A stretch of DNA of 64,000 bases from Octopus vulgaris (taxonomy: Eukaryota). Positions within the stretch are counted from its first letter, which is position 1. The number at the start of each line of letters is the position of its first letter. Made by a program: the position numbers and the translations under genes. Under the pieces are notes generated by a model. The model saw nothing but the letters and a program-made list of their open reading frames with translations. It was not told the DNA's origin and did no database searches. The stretch is from the NCBI GenBank assembly GCA_951406725.2, contig OX597835.1:11346001-11410000 (forward strand). The letters are read 5' to 3'. Below, piece after piece: positions 25,420-37,394 of this stretch.

Positions 25420-26149
25420 CGACGGGCTTCTTTCAGTTTCCGTCTACCAAATCCACTCACAAGGCTTTGGTTGGTCCGAGGCTATAGTAGAAGACACTTG
25501 CCCAAGGTTCCACGCAGTGGGACTGAACCCGGAACCATGTGGTTAAGTAAGCAAGCTACTTACCACACAGCCACTCCTACGCCTATACTCATTTTCAGTC
25601 AGAAAGTATGGGTTGATCCAGGGCTATAGAAAATGACATTTGCTCAAGATGCCACATGATAGAATCAAAACTAGTACCACATGGCTGTAAAGCTAATTCC
25701 TTAACTATTTGGCCATACTGCACCTCCTCAATTGTTCGTTCCAACATTAATTAGATCTTACTGTGTCTAATTTTTCTGTTATAACATTAAATAGATTTGC
25801 CTTACAAAGTCTAATTTCTTTTTTATTAGAACATTAAATAGATTTATCTTACGTTGCAATAGAAAGAAATTAGACATTATAAGTAGATCGACTTACAATG
25901 AATAAAATAATTTCTTTCCTTTTACAACATTAAGTAAATCTATTTACAGCGCCAATGTTTCTGTAAAGATTCGCTCAAAGTGTGACAGGCGCAAGCATGG
26001 CTGTGTGGTAAGAAGCTTGCTTCCCAACTACATGGTTCTGGGTTCAGTCCCACTGTGTGGAACCTTGAGCAAGTGTCTTTTACTGTAGCCTCGGGCTGAC
26101 AAAAACCTTGTGAATGGATTTGGCAGACAGAAACTGAAAGAAGCCCATC

Positions 26150-26211
<62 letters not shown>

Positions 26212-27138
26212 CTTTTTATTTGTGTTTGTCCCCCCACCACCACTTGACAGCCAGTGCTGTTGTGATTATGTCCCTGTAACTTAGCAGTTTAGCAAAAGGG
26301 ACCAATAGAATAAATGCCAGGCTTATAAAAAATAACTAACTAATGGGCGCAGGAGTGGCTGTGTGGTAAGTAGCTTGCTTACCAACCTCATGGTTCCGGG
26401 TTCAGTCCCACTGTGTGGCATCTTGGTAAAGTGTCTTCTACTATAGCCTCGCGGGCCGACCAATGCCTTGTGAGTGGATTTGGTAGACGGAAACTGAAAG
26501 AAGCTCGTCGTATATATGTATATATATATATATATGTGTGTGCGTGTATGTTTGTGTGTCTGTGTTTGTCCTCCTAGTATTGCTTGAAAACCGATGCTGG
26601 TGTGTTTATGTCCCCGTTACTTAGCGGTTCGGCAAAAGAGACCGATAGAATAAGTACTGGGCTTACAAAAGAATAAGTCCCGGGGGTCGAGTTGCTCGAT
26701 TAAAGGCGGTGCTCCTGCATGGCCGCAGTCAAATGACTGAAACAAGTAAAAGAGTAAAGAGTATGGGGGGGGGGGGTAGATACATTCGATTAGAAAATTC
26801 TTGAAGGCCGAGCTCCAGCATGGCCACGGCCTGATGACTGGAACAAGTAAAAGATTATGAGTCTTCTTTGGGTGCTTTTCTACCATTTCGCTGCCATTTT
26901 GCCAGCAATGAAATCTTTTGTTTGGGAGGTCATTTTTTACTCTTTTACTTGCTTCAGTCATTTGACTGCGGCCATGCTGGAGCACTGCCTTTAAGTCGAG
27001 CAAATCGACCCCAGGACTTATTCTTTGTAAGCCTAGTACTTATTGTATTGGTTTCTTTTGCCGAACCACTAAGTTACGGGGACGTAAACACACCGGTATC
27101 GGTTGTCAAGTGATGTTGAAGGGACAAACAAAGACACA

Positions 27139-27178
<40 letters not shown>

Positions 27179-27485
27179 CATATATATATATATATACTCA
27201 CATATATACGACAGGCTTCTTTCAGTTTCCATCTACCAAATTCATTCACAAGGCTTTGGTCAGCTCGAGGCTATAGTAGAAGAGACACTTGCCCAAGGTG
27301 CCATGCAGTGGGACTGAACCCGGAACCATGTGGCTGGTAAGCAAGCTACTTACCACACAGCCACTCCTATGCCTATGGTAATTTTTTTGTTATCACTGTC
27401 TAAGCAAGCATCTTGTAGTATAGTCCCTTGTTGACCAAAAGCTTGAGTGGATTTGGTAGATGGAAACTGAAAGAAGCCCATTGTA
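24950..27485. mobile_element. Cluster of about six SINE family A copies in both orientations (-, -, +, +, -, partial +)
   Basis: Copies at ~24955-25170(-), 25175-25585(-), 25987-26330(+), 26345-26762(+), 26935-27375(-) and 27420-27485(+ partial). Confidence 0.85.
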
Positions 27486-28720
27486 TTATGTGTGGAGATG
27501 TATATATATGCCTTCTATCAGACATGTTGTTGCTATCACTTTCCATCAAACATGCTGTTGCTTCAATGCCCCTCTTCCATCAAACATGTTGCTGCCATCA
27601 CTGTCTCTCTTCCACTACTCACTCCTCTGCCACCATCTCACCCCAAACACTATTTCATGCTCTTCTTTCTCTCACCTTTCATCACCCTTTCCTCTCTCTG
27701 TCTCTCTCTCATATTCATCCTCTTGTTCACCTTGCCTTGAATAAAGACAATCTCAAGTAATATATCCTCTTGAGATTTCTGGTTTGCAAAGGTAACCTCA
27801 GCAGTACTGGAGCCATGATAATGTACCCCACCTACTCTCTGTAAAGTGGGTGACAAATCAGACAGTGGAAGTTCAAAACGACTCTTTAGTCTTGCAGGAG
27901 ACATGACAACCCCTCCGATGCTGGTGCTGCAATAAAATGCATTCAGTACATTGTGTAAAGCAGTTCGTGTTAGGGATGTCATCCAACCATAGGAACCAAA
28001 CCCAAATTGAAATATATGAGTTAAAAATATATATAGTTCCCCGACCCATCAAGAAAGGCAGCACCTTTGAATAATAAGTTACTGAAAGCATAACGAACCC
28101 ATGAATTAGGACTGGCTGGGGCCAAGGCATGCTGTCTAACCCATTACAGCAAAGAAAGTGATTATAAGATGATGGTGATGATGCTGATGATGATAGTGAC
28201 AGGCATTAGATTAGGGACAGTAAAATGTCCATTATCTCAACTTGCCAAGTTGTCAGGAAATGTTACATTTTCTGGTGAGAAACAAAAATCAATAAAACCG
28301 AATCATTAATTGATCTGATAAAATTATCAAACGTCAAGGGGAAACTTAGATGGTTTTAACTTTTTTTTTTTTTTTTTTTTTTAAAAACTAAGCCAAGAAA
28401 TAGATATAAGTAAATTCTCGACAATTTTATTTTCTCGGAAAAGTGACACTTGGGAAAATAACGAACAAATATTTCGGTGCTTCATTGCGAGTGAAGAACA
28501 ATGAATCTGAAATGGATGATAAATGTTTGGGAGACGTTTTCAGCTCTTATCATGATTTCTCTTGAAACAAACTGTATACACAGTAAACAGGATACGATAG
28601 TTGTTGGCAGGTCCATGTATATTTTTGTAATTCATTGTGTCTGTTGATTAAAGACTAATGTTTTATTTATTTTCATATTTGTTTTTTTTTTATAATTTTT
28701 TTTTGTTTTATCTGTCCTAG

Positions 28721-28954
28721 GTACTACCTTCGTTTCAAAGACGACTACAGACAAGCAGCCATTGACGTGTTGTTAGGCCAACCAATTGCTGAAGAGACAT
28801 TATTAAGTGCTGGTTTACAGGAAGAGGACATCGAGGGGGAACTTCTGGAAAAGGAAGAGAATGTACGCACACTAATTGACGATTTGAAGAAGATGTTAAT
28901 TGTGGAACCAGAGCAATGTCTTGGAGGATGGAGTCTGGTCAATGCTGATCCTGT
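28721..28954 (+). CDS. INPP5F: Phosphatidylinositide phosphatase SAC2 (INPP5F-like), internal coding exon (end of SAC region into hSac2 domain)
   Basis: Polypyrimidine tract plus tcctAG acceptor at 28719-28720; GTAAGT donor at 28955; 234 nt, phase 2-2. Translates (R)YYLRFKDDYRQAAIDVLLGQPIAEETLL...KKMLIVEPEQCLGGWSLVNADP, matching recalled vertebrate INPP5F RYYLNRFKDAYRQAVIDLMQG...GGWALIDCDP. Confidence 0.92.
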
Positions 28955-29184
28955 GTAAGTATATATATAAGCTTTGGAACATTTAATTCTATACAACATT
29001 CTCAGGATATTTACATGGAACTTTCACGGGAGGTGGTCTTTTGGATTTAGGTATACATTATACATGTTAAAGAGTGTATGTATGCGTTGTACATATGTGT
29101 GTGTATGTATATATATGTATATGTGTATATATACACACATACATTATATACATCCATATCCATATATATATATATGTAAGATCC

Positions 29185-29337
29185 ACCTGTGCTGTGGGGT
29201 AGATCTTATCAACCACATGGTTCCAGGTTCAGTCCCATGGCGTGGCACCTGACACAAGTGTCTTCTACTATAGGCTCAGGCTGACCAAAGCCTTGTGAGT
29301 GGATTTAGTAGACGGAAACTGAAAGAAGCCTGTCGTA
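29185..29337 (+). mobile_element. SINE family A head, partial
   Basis: aaccacatggttccaggttcagtccc...gagtggatttagtagacggaaactgaaagaagcc. Confidence 0.75.
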
Positions 29338-29538
29338 GGGGACATTAAAATGATGATGGCAATAACGATGATGATGAAGGTGTAACAAATATAATATGTT
29401 GGCATGTGGAATGAAAATATTCGATAACCTCAACTGATTCTCACAAGGCTTTGGTCAGCTTGAGAATGTTGTAGAAGACAGATGCCCAAGGTGTCACACA
29501 ATGGAACTAAATCCACCACATGGCTACACCAGCACCTA

Positions 29539-29577
<39 letters not shown>

Positions 29578-29962
29578 CCGGCTTCCGTGCCAGTGGCACT
29601 TAAAGGGCACCATTCGAGCATGATCGTTACCAGCGTCGCCTTACTGGCATTTGTACCTGTGCTAGTAGGGTGCCAAGAGCACCATCCAAGCGTGATCATT
29701 GCCAGAGCAGCTAACTGGCTTCTGTGCCAGTGGCACATAAAAGGGCACCATTTGAGCATGATCATTACCAAAGTCACCTTACTGGCACCTGTGCTGGTGA
29801 CATGTGTAAAAGGATTCAAGCGAGGTCATTGCCAGTACCGCCTGACTGGCCCCCGTGCTGGTGGCACGTAAAAAGCACCCACTACACTCTTGGAGTTGTT
29901 AGCATTAGGAAGGGCATCCAGCATGGAAAGCGGACGTTAAACGATGATGGTGATGATGGTGA
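29578..29962 (+). mobile_element. RTE 3' UTR/tail fragment with repeated hairpin modules
   Basis: gtgccagtggcac modules plus aaaagcacccactacactct...ggaaagcggacgttaaacgatgatgg. Confidence 0.78.
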
Positions 29963-30556
29963 TACATACATTGAAGAACATATTTTAAAAGCTGTAAACA
30001 GAGGACAGTGTAACCAGTTAGTAGGATTTGAAGTTTTTTTTTTCTCTTTCAAAACCAGTGTTAGTTACAATTTGCACTAAAATTTATTCAGGAAAAAAAT
30101 ACCATATGCAATTTTTTTTGGCTTTATGAAACCTTTTCTATAAAACATGATTTCCTTTGTTTTCTTTGTATGTGATAAAAAAACTCACCTTGTGAAAACA
30201 TACACTAATATTTTTACAGTAAAACTGTTACGTAAAAATATCTTATGTGGAAAGAATTTTGTAAATTTATTTTCATATATACACATGTGTGTGTGTGTGT
30301 GTGTGTGTTTGTATATACAGATATGTCATAGAAATATATACTTTCAATATTAAAAACCAAAACTTGATTTATTCAAACAAATACATATCATAAAATAGAA
30401 GAGAAGAAAAGATAAGCAAACAACATATGTCGGGTCAAATGATGATAGCATTACATAACATACCGAGAAAAACAAATGAATGAAGGAACAGAAATCAGAG
30501 GATATTGGTAAAAGTTGCTCTGAGGGATGTTTATGTAACAACATATAAATATATGT

Positions 30557-30713
30557 AGGCGTAGGAGTGGCTGTGTGGTAAGTAGCTTGCTTACGAACCA
30601 CATGGCTCTGGGTTCTTGGGCAAGTGTCTTCTACTATAGCCTCAGGCCGACCAAAGCTTTGTGAGTGGATTTGGTAGACAGAAACTGAAAGAAGCCTGTC
30701 GTATATATGTATA

Positions 30714-30745
<32 letters not shown>

Positions 30746-30832
30746 CATATATACAATGGGCTTCTTTCAGTTTCTGTCTACCAAATCCACTCTCAAAGCT
30801 TTGGTCGGCCTGAGGCTATAGTAGAAGACACT
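30557..30832. mobile_element. SINE family A head plus an inverted partial copy across a (TA)n spacer
   Basis: 30620-30700 (+) is mirrored by 30757-30832 (-). Confidence 0.75.
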
Positions 30833-30857
30833 ATATATATATATATATATATATATA

Positions 30858-30969
30858 TTGGCCTGCTCGCTTAGCCAGCGGGGTGGCGTCATTCGAAGGC
30901 CAAAACAATGCGAATGCATTGTGACCAGCGATGTGTAACTACATCTGATGGACTGGTCGGTCACGTGAT

Positions 30970-30976
<7 letters not shown>
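30858..30976 (+). mobile_element. Isolated retroelement 3' tail type Y inside (TA)n
   Basis: ttggcctgctcgcttagccagcggggtggcgtc..cgaaggc.aaaacaatgcgaa.gcattgtgaccagcgat is shared with 63921-64000 and 62838-62945. Confidence 0.75.
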
Positions 30977-31021
<45 letters not shown>

Positions 31022-31542
31022 CTGTCTTTGAGTTCAAATTCTGCTGAGGTTGACTTTGCTGTTCATCTTTTTGGGGTTGATAAATTAAGTACCAGTTGCA
31101 TACTAAGGTCAAGCTAATTGACTGGTCCCCTTCCCCAAAATTTCAGGCCTTGTGCCTAGAGTAGAAGAGAATATGTCTTGTCACTTGACAAGTTTCATCA
31201 GTTTGGTGTGAAGACAAAAGTACTTTTAGAAATCAGGAAGGGTTTGCAGCAGGAAAGGAAGCTGGCCATAGAGTACTGTCTCAATAAATCTCATTCAACC
31301 CATGCCTAGAAGACAGACATAAAACTGGAAAGACAAACGGAAAAATGGTATTATTAATACAGATTTGAGTTTTATCCTTCTTTGCATTCAGTATGATGGA
31401 ATTATACTTGTAAACAGTGCTACAGCATGGCCATAGTCCTTGACTAAAAATACTAACTGCATAGGTTCATAGAATACATAATCTCATGCACTCACACACA
31501 GTCACACAAGTACATTAAAAATACATACATACACATATATAT

Positions 31543-31907
31543 GTAACAGGTTTTGTTGAATTTCTGCTGCTTTTAAATATAAAGCATATTACTCTACCCC
31601 TGGTATTTGAGTACTCTTTTTCCACCTTGTTTCACATTTATGTGTTTACTCCGGTATATATATATAAATATATATATATATATACTTTATTTAAAGCAGC
31701 AGAAAATTCAACAAAACCTGTTACTCTGAGTTTCCGTTGCCGTTCATCGGACAGTTTTTACTAGAAAAACTGTCCAATGAACGGCAACGGAAACTCAGAG
31801 TAACAGGTTTTGTTGAATTTTCTGCTGCTTTAAATAAAGCATATTACTCTACCCCTGGTATTTGAGTACTCTTTTTCCACCTTGTTTCACATTTATGTGT
31901 TTACTCC

Positions 31908-31942
<35 letters not shown>

Positions 31943-32169
31943 TTTATTTAAAGCAGCAGAAAATTCAACAAAACCTGTTACTCTGAGTTTCCGTTGCCGT
32001 TCATCGGACAGTTTTTACTAGAAAAAACTGTCCAATGAACGGCAACGGGAAACTCAGAGTAACAGGTTTTGTTGAATTTTCTGCTGCTTTAAATAAAGCA
32101 TATTACTCTACCCCTGGTATTTGAGTACTCTTTTTTCCACCTTGTTTCACATTTATGTGTTTACTCCGG

Positions 32170-32201
<32 letters not shown>

Positions 32202-32429
32202 CTTTATTTAAAGCAGCAGAAAATTCAACAAAACCTGTTACTCTGAGTTTCCCGTTGCCGTTCATCGGACAGTTTTTACTAGAAAAAACTGTCCAATGAA
32301 CGGCAACGGGAAACTCAGAGTAACAGGTTTTGTTGAATTTTCTGCTGCTTTAAATAAAGCATATTACTCTATCACTGGTATTTGAGTACTCTTTTTCCAC
32401 CTTGTTTCACATTTATGTGTTTACTCCGG

Positions 32430-32461
<32 letters not shown>

Positions 32462-32685
32462 CTTTATTTAAAGCAGCAGAAAATTCAACAAAACCTGTTA
32501 CTCTGAGTTTCCGTTGCCGTTCATCGGACAGTTTTTACTAGAAAAACTGTCCAATGAACGCAACGGAAACTCAGAGTAACAGGTTTTGTTGAATTTTCTG
32601 CTGCTTTAAATAAAGCATATTACTCTATCACTGGTATTTGAGTACTCTTTTTCCACCTTGTTTCACATTTATGTGTTTACTCCGG

Positions 32686-32690
<5 letters not shown>
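31543..32690. repeat. Tandem array (~260-bp period) of long palindromes with hammerhead-like motifs; probable Penelope-like pseudo-LTR/retrozyme-type repeat
   Basis: Four palindrome centres (TTTTTACTAGAAAAA at ~31762, 32020, 32280, 32539) with ~75-bp arms, each followed by a ~70-bp unique body and a (TA)n spacer. Confidence 0.9.
31718..31754 (-). ncRNA. Minimal type I hammerhead-like ribozyme motif (U4C variant); repeated in each array unit
   Basis: Minus strand CTGT-CCGATGA-A-CG(GCAA)CG-GAAA-CTC(A)GAG-TA-ACAG: stem I CUGU/ACAG, GNRA-capped stem II, near-palindromic stem III, GUA cleavage triplet. Confidence 0.55.
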
Positions 32691-32734
<44 letters not shown>

Positions 32735-32858
32735 GCACATGCACACACACACACACATATGTCTAACTAAACACTCGGTATTAATAAGTTTGTTTTTTTT
32801 AGTTATATTCTTGTTTGTTTTGTTATTTGTTTTGTTTTTTTTCTTTTTCTTAATCTAG

Positions 32859-32930
32859 AGTTGGAGATCACGATCGACAGGAAATGGATATAATACTGCT
32901 TTTGAGTCAACGAGCATTCTACGTTGGTTG
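32859..32930 (+). CDS. INPP5F: INPP5F/SAC2 internal coding exon (hSac2 domain)
   Basis: T-rich tract plus ctAG acceptor (32857-32858); GTAGGT donor at 32931; 72 nt, phase 2-2. Joins the previous exon in frame giving (V)VGDHDRQEMDIILLLSQRAFYVG(W), cf. recalled HRDVDVLLLLSNSAYYVAY. Not in the ORF track. Confidence 0.9.
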
Positions 32931-33369
32931 GTAGGTGATCTGTTCTTCTATACAAGATAATTAATATGCATGTGAGTGCATGTAGGTATACCTGTCCATA
33001 CACACACACGATACACAATATATATACAAACACACACAAACATAATAAACATACATTATACATGTAATATGTACATAATATATTCATTCATATATGCACA
33101 ATATATATTTATACAAGTTTAATATACATATGCATACACACTATAAGTATACATGCATATACACACAGACTTCATATCTAAAGTTCCACAGAAAACATAA
33201 GTATAATATAAATTCACACAGACATTATGATATACACACAAAATATGTATATATGCACACAATATACATAATATGCACAATATATATAATATACACACAC
33301 AATATATGTAATATGCATGATATATATAATATATACCACATAGAGAAAGTATGCAATACACACCATATA

Positions 33370-33400
<31 letters not shown>

Positions 33401-33510
33401 TGTATATATGTGTGTATATATATGTATGTATGATGATTTATCAATTCTTTGATGATGTGTTTTTGTTATATATGTCCTTGTGTTATGTGTGTGAGTGTGT
33501 ATATATATAT

Positions 33511-33845
33511 TTCTTTACTGCCCACAAGGGGCTAAACATAGAGGGGACAAACAAGGACAGACAAAGGGATTTAGTCGATTACATTGACCCCAGTGCAAAC
33601 TGGTACTTTATTTATCGACCCCGAAAGGATGTGTTTAGCCCCTTGTGGGTAGTAAAGAAATAGGTATTTTGTCTGCCGTTACATTCTGAGTTCAAATTCT
33701 GCCGAGATCGACTTTGCCTTTCATCCTTTCGGGGTTGATAAATTAAGTACCAGTTACGCACTGGAGTCGATGTAATCGACTTAATCTGTTTGTCTGTCCT
33801 TGTTTGTCCCCTCTGTGTTTAGCCCCTTGTAGGTAGTAAAGAAAT
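33511..33845. mobile_element. SINE family M multimer with an inverted 5' segment
   Basis: 33511-33630 is minus-strand; 33631-33845 is plus-strand and includes the AAAGAAATAG|GTATTTT unit junction. Confidence 0.78.
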
Positions 33846-33957
33846 ATATATGGTCTTATGTGTGTGTGTGTATATGTTATTGTATTATGAATATATGTTG
33901 TTATGCACTTATATTGTTGTATTATATATGTGTGTTTATACTATATATATATATATA

Positions 33958-34232
33958 TTGCCAGTGGCATTTAAAAAGCACCCGTGCCGGTGGCACGTAA
34001 GAAGCACCATCCGACCGTGGCCGTTTGCCAGCCCCGTCTGGCAGCTGTGCCAGTGGCACATAAAAAGCACCCACTACAGTCATGGAATGGTTGGCGTTAG
34101 GAAGGGCATCCAGCCATAGAAACATTGCTAGATCAGACTGGTCCTGGTGCAGCCTTCGGGCTCCCCAGACTCCAGTTGAACCGTCCAATCCATGCCAGCA
34201 TGGAAAGCGGACGCTAAACAATGATGATGATG
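33958..34232 (+). mobile_element. RTE 3' UTR/tail fragment
   Basis: gtgccggtggcacgtaagaagcacc...ggaaagcggacgctaaacaatgatgatg. Confidence 0.8.
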
Positions 34233-34234
34233 GT

Positions 34235-34275
<41 letters not shown>

Positions 34276-34532
34276 TATTGTATTATGAATGTATGTTGTT
34301 ATGCACTTATATTGTATTATATATGTGTGTTTATACTATGTATATATATATTCTTGATATGTATATGCTGATGTATATATTGTGTCTGTATCCTATATGT
34401 TTCTATGACTTCGTGTTTGTACCATGCCTTATAATCTTATAATTCAGGGTGTGTGCTTTTGTCTTAATCATACACATTTCATCTCACCTGTCCGGACTTT
34501 CACTCCCAATAACCTTTTCCCTCTTCTTTCAG

Positions 34533-34606
34533 GTATGATGACGAGAAGGAAGCCGTGACGCAGTTCCAGCAGGTTCTCCTGGAAGACATTGTGAAAATCG
34601 AAATAG
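34533..34606 (+). CDS. INPP5F: INPP5F/SAC2 internal coding exon (hSac2 domain)
   Basis: cttctttcAG acceptor (34531-34532); GTAAGG donor at 34607; 74 nt, phase 2-1. Gives (W)YDDEKEAVTQFQQVLLEDIVKIEI(G), cf. recalled YDDEVDKVNQYQRLSLENLEKIEIG. Confidence 0.92.
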
Positions 34607-35728
34607 GTAAGGTCTAAATAATTGCTGGATCTCACATACGTCACCGTTATTATGACAGCTGCGTATCACATTTATATTACTATTCACACACTGTATCACC
34701 CTATATTACAATTAAAGAGACGGCCACCGACTACATTACATCACTGGCAACCACACAATACATTACATCATGTGTGTGTGTGTGAGTGTGTGGCAGAACA
34801 CTTCACTATATATCCATAATGATACACTATTCCAGAAATATATGCATGAAGCTATGCATATTCTCTCTCATACATACACGCGTTATATTGTATTATTATG
34901 AAGCACCTTAGAGCACGTACTGTGACACTGCTCCGCACCCATACTGCATTCTGCACTACAAAATACAGTGTTGTAAAAGTAGGGTTTAGGCTTGACGTGG
35001 TTGCTCAATTTGGTAGAAATAGCAGCTAAATCTCCCTGAAAGTTTCGCCCTGTTTAAGAAAAATTTTTCTAAATGCAATAAATACTATGTTCCTAGAAAG
35101 AAATGTTGGAATGGTCATGTCTAGCATGTCTTTCATTTGCTGGTTCATTTAATCTGGGCTGATCCGGGATTAACCAACAACGACAACAGCACAGCATGAT
35201 ATCCCTTACATCACGCTAGGCATCGAACATCTTCCCTACCACCACCACCACCACCACCGTCATTATAATTACCTGCTTGCTTGCTTGTTTGTTCTCCTCC
35301 TCTTTCTCCTCCCCCCTTTATCATCATCATTAACTTAATTATCATCATCATAACCACCAATATTTCAAACATAGTCACCTCCATCACTACCACCACCACC
35401 ACCACCATCACCAATTGATTTCTCCATTAACTCTTCTGAAACTAAGAAATGTTGATGTAGGTGGGGGTGAGTGGGTGGGCTTGAGTGGTGGGTGGTGGTG
35501 GCAGTGGTGGTGGAGTAGCATTGCCAAATCTGATTCTGCTTATATATCTCCATGTTATTTCTGAGATTTAGAATTTAGAGAGAGAATTTGTGAATCTGGT
35601 TTGGAGTTATTAATTCTCAGCACTGCCATGTGTGTGTGTGAAGCTTTGGTTTCAGGTTCAGTCCCACTATGCAGTACCTTGGAGAAAATTTTTTCTAGTA
35701 GGGTCCAGTGGACAGACACTGTGGAAAC

Positions 35729-35768
<40 letters not shown>

Positions 35769-36113
35769 ACTTTTTATCTTATATTAAACTTTTTAATAGT
35801 TATATATATTTAAAATAAAATTTTAAAAAATAATAAAAAATTAAATAAAAATATAATAAAAAAAATAAATAATAAAAATATAAATAAAAATAATAATAAT
35901 AATAATAATAAAAATATAAAATATATATATATAAATTTATAAGTATAAATTAATAATTTAAAAAGTTTTTTTAAATTTTAACTTTAAATTTAAATAATTC
36001 AAATTTTGAATTTTATATTTATATATTTTGTATATTATATTAATTAATTTTATTTCTATGTTTTGGTTTATGTTTTTCACTGTTTGATTTGCCTAATAGT
36101 GGTTTTATTCTAA

Positions 36114-36157
<44 letters not shown>

Positions 36158-36267
36158 GAAATATTAAAATTACTAAGTCTCTATAAAAGAGATTACGGCA
36201 GCGTTTACTGGAAATTAATTGTTATTGCCATATTAATATGGCATTCTTATAGATATATATATATAGT

Positions 36268-37115
36268 AACAAACAAGATAGTTGGGTAGATGGAGGTCTC
36301 AGGTAGGGATTGTGATATGATCTCATTTAGTTTTATTTTTTCTGTAAATAAAGAAGTGGGGAAAAAAAAAAAAATTGCTGAAAACTTTTACAGTATAGGC
36401 CAGGATTGATCCTTTGTCAAAGAGGTTTGTGTGTTACTGTGTCCATGTCTTTACCCACAAGACCATTGAGGCAACAGCAATAACTAGTTTGAAAATGATG
36501 TATTTAAACCTTTCAGATTAATGTAATCAATAACCAATCATTAAAATAGATTTAAATATCTCATATTGTGTGTAAGTAGTATTACTGGCCTTGTGGCCCA
36601 GTGGATAAGGGGGGTTGGTTACAAACAAGACAGTGGGGTAGATGGAGGTTTCAGTCTCAGGTAGGGATCCTGATATGATCTTAGTTTTATTTTTTTCTGT
36701 AAATGGAGAAACAGGAAAAAAAAAAAAATTGCTGAAAACTTTTACAGTATAGGCCAGGATTGATCCTTTGTCTTAAAGAGGTTTGTGTGTTGCTGTGTCC
36801 AAGTCTTTACCCACAAGACCATTGAGACAACAACAATAACTACTTTGAAAATGATGTATTTAAACCTTTCAGACTAATGTAACCAATAATCAATCATTAG
36901 AATAGTTTTCAGGTAGGGATTGTGATATGGTCTCATTTAGTTTTATTTTTCTCTAGAGATGTGTTAAAAGGGGGAAGAAAAAAAAAACACAATCAGTATA
37001 GGCCATGGGCTAAGATTGATCCTTTGTCCAAGAAGTATACATGTTGCTATGTCTGTATGTCTTTACCCACAAGACCATTGAGACAATAGCTAGTTTGAAA
37101 ATGATATATTTAAAT
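36268..37115. repeat. Local triplication (copies at ~36268-36550, 36620-36905 and a more diverged 36910-37115)
   Basis: caggtagggat..tgatat...cagtataggcca..gattgatcctttgtc...ctttacccacaagaccattgag occurs three times. Confidence 0.85.
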
Positions 37116-37394
37116 CTTATATAGCTATTTGATGTGGTGGTGTTCATGGTTTTCTGTGACTTTAGTAATATTTGAGGGGAGTATGTGAAATGCTCCAGAA
37201 CACAACATGCTACCTTATTCAGGAATTGATCTCACAGCCTTAATGATTATAAGCTGAACACCCTAACCACAAGGCCATGCACTTTAATAGCAAAGTCAGT
37301 AGAGTGATGGGCTGATTTCCATTTATATCCTGGGTTCAAGTCCTGCTAAGTTCAGCTTAGCCTTTCATTCTTCTGGGGTCAATAAAACAAAGTA

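Noticed and set aside
35780-36120. Extremely AT-rich stretch
   Set aside because: No structure beyond low complexity; lies between (TA)n runs and may be poor consensus sequence.
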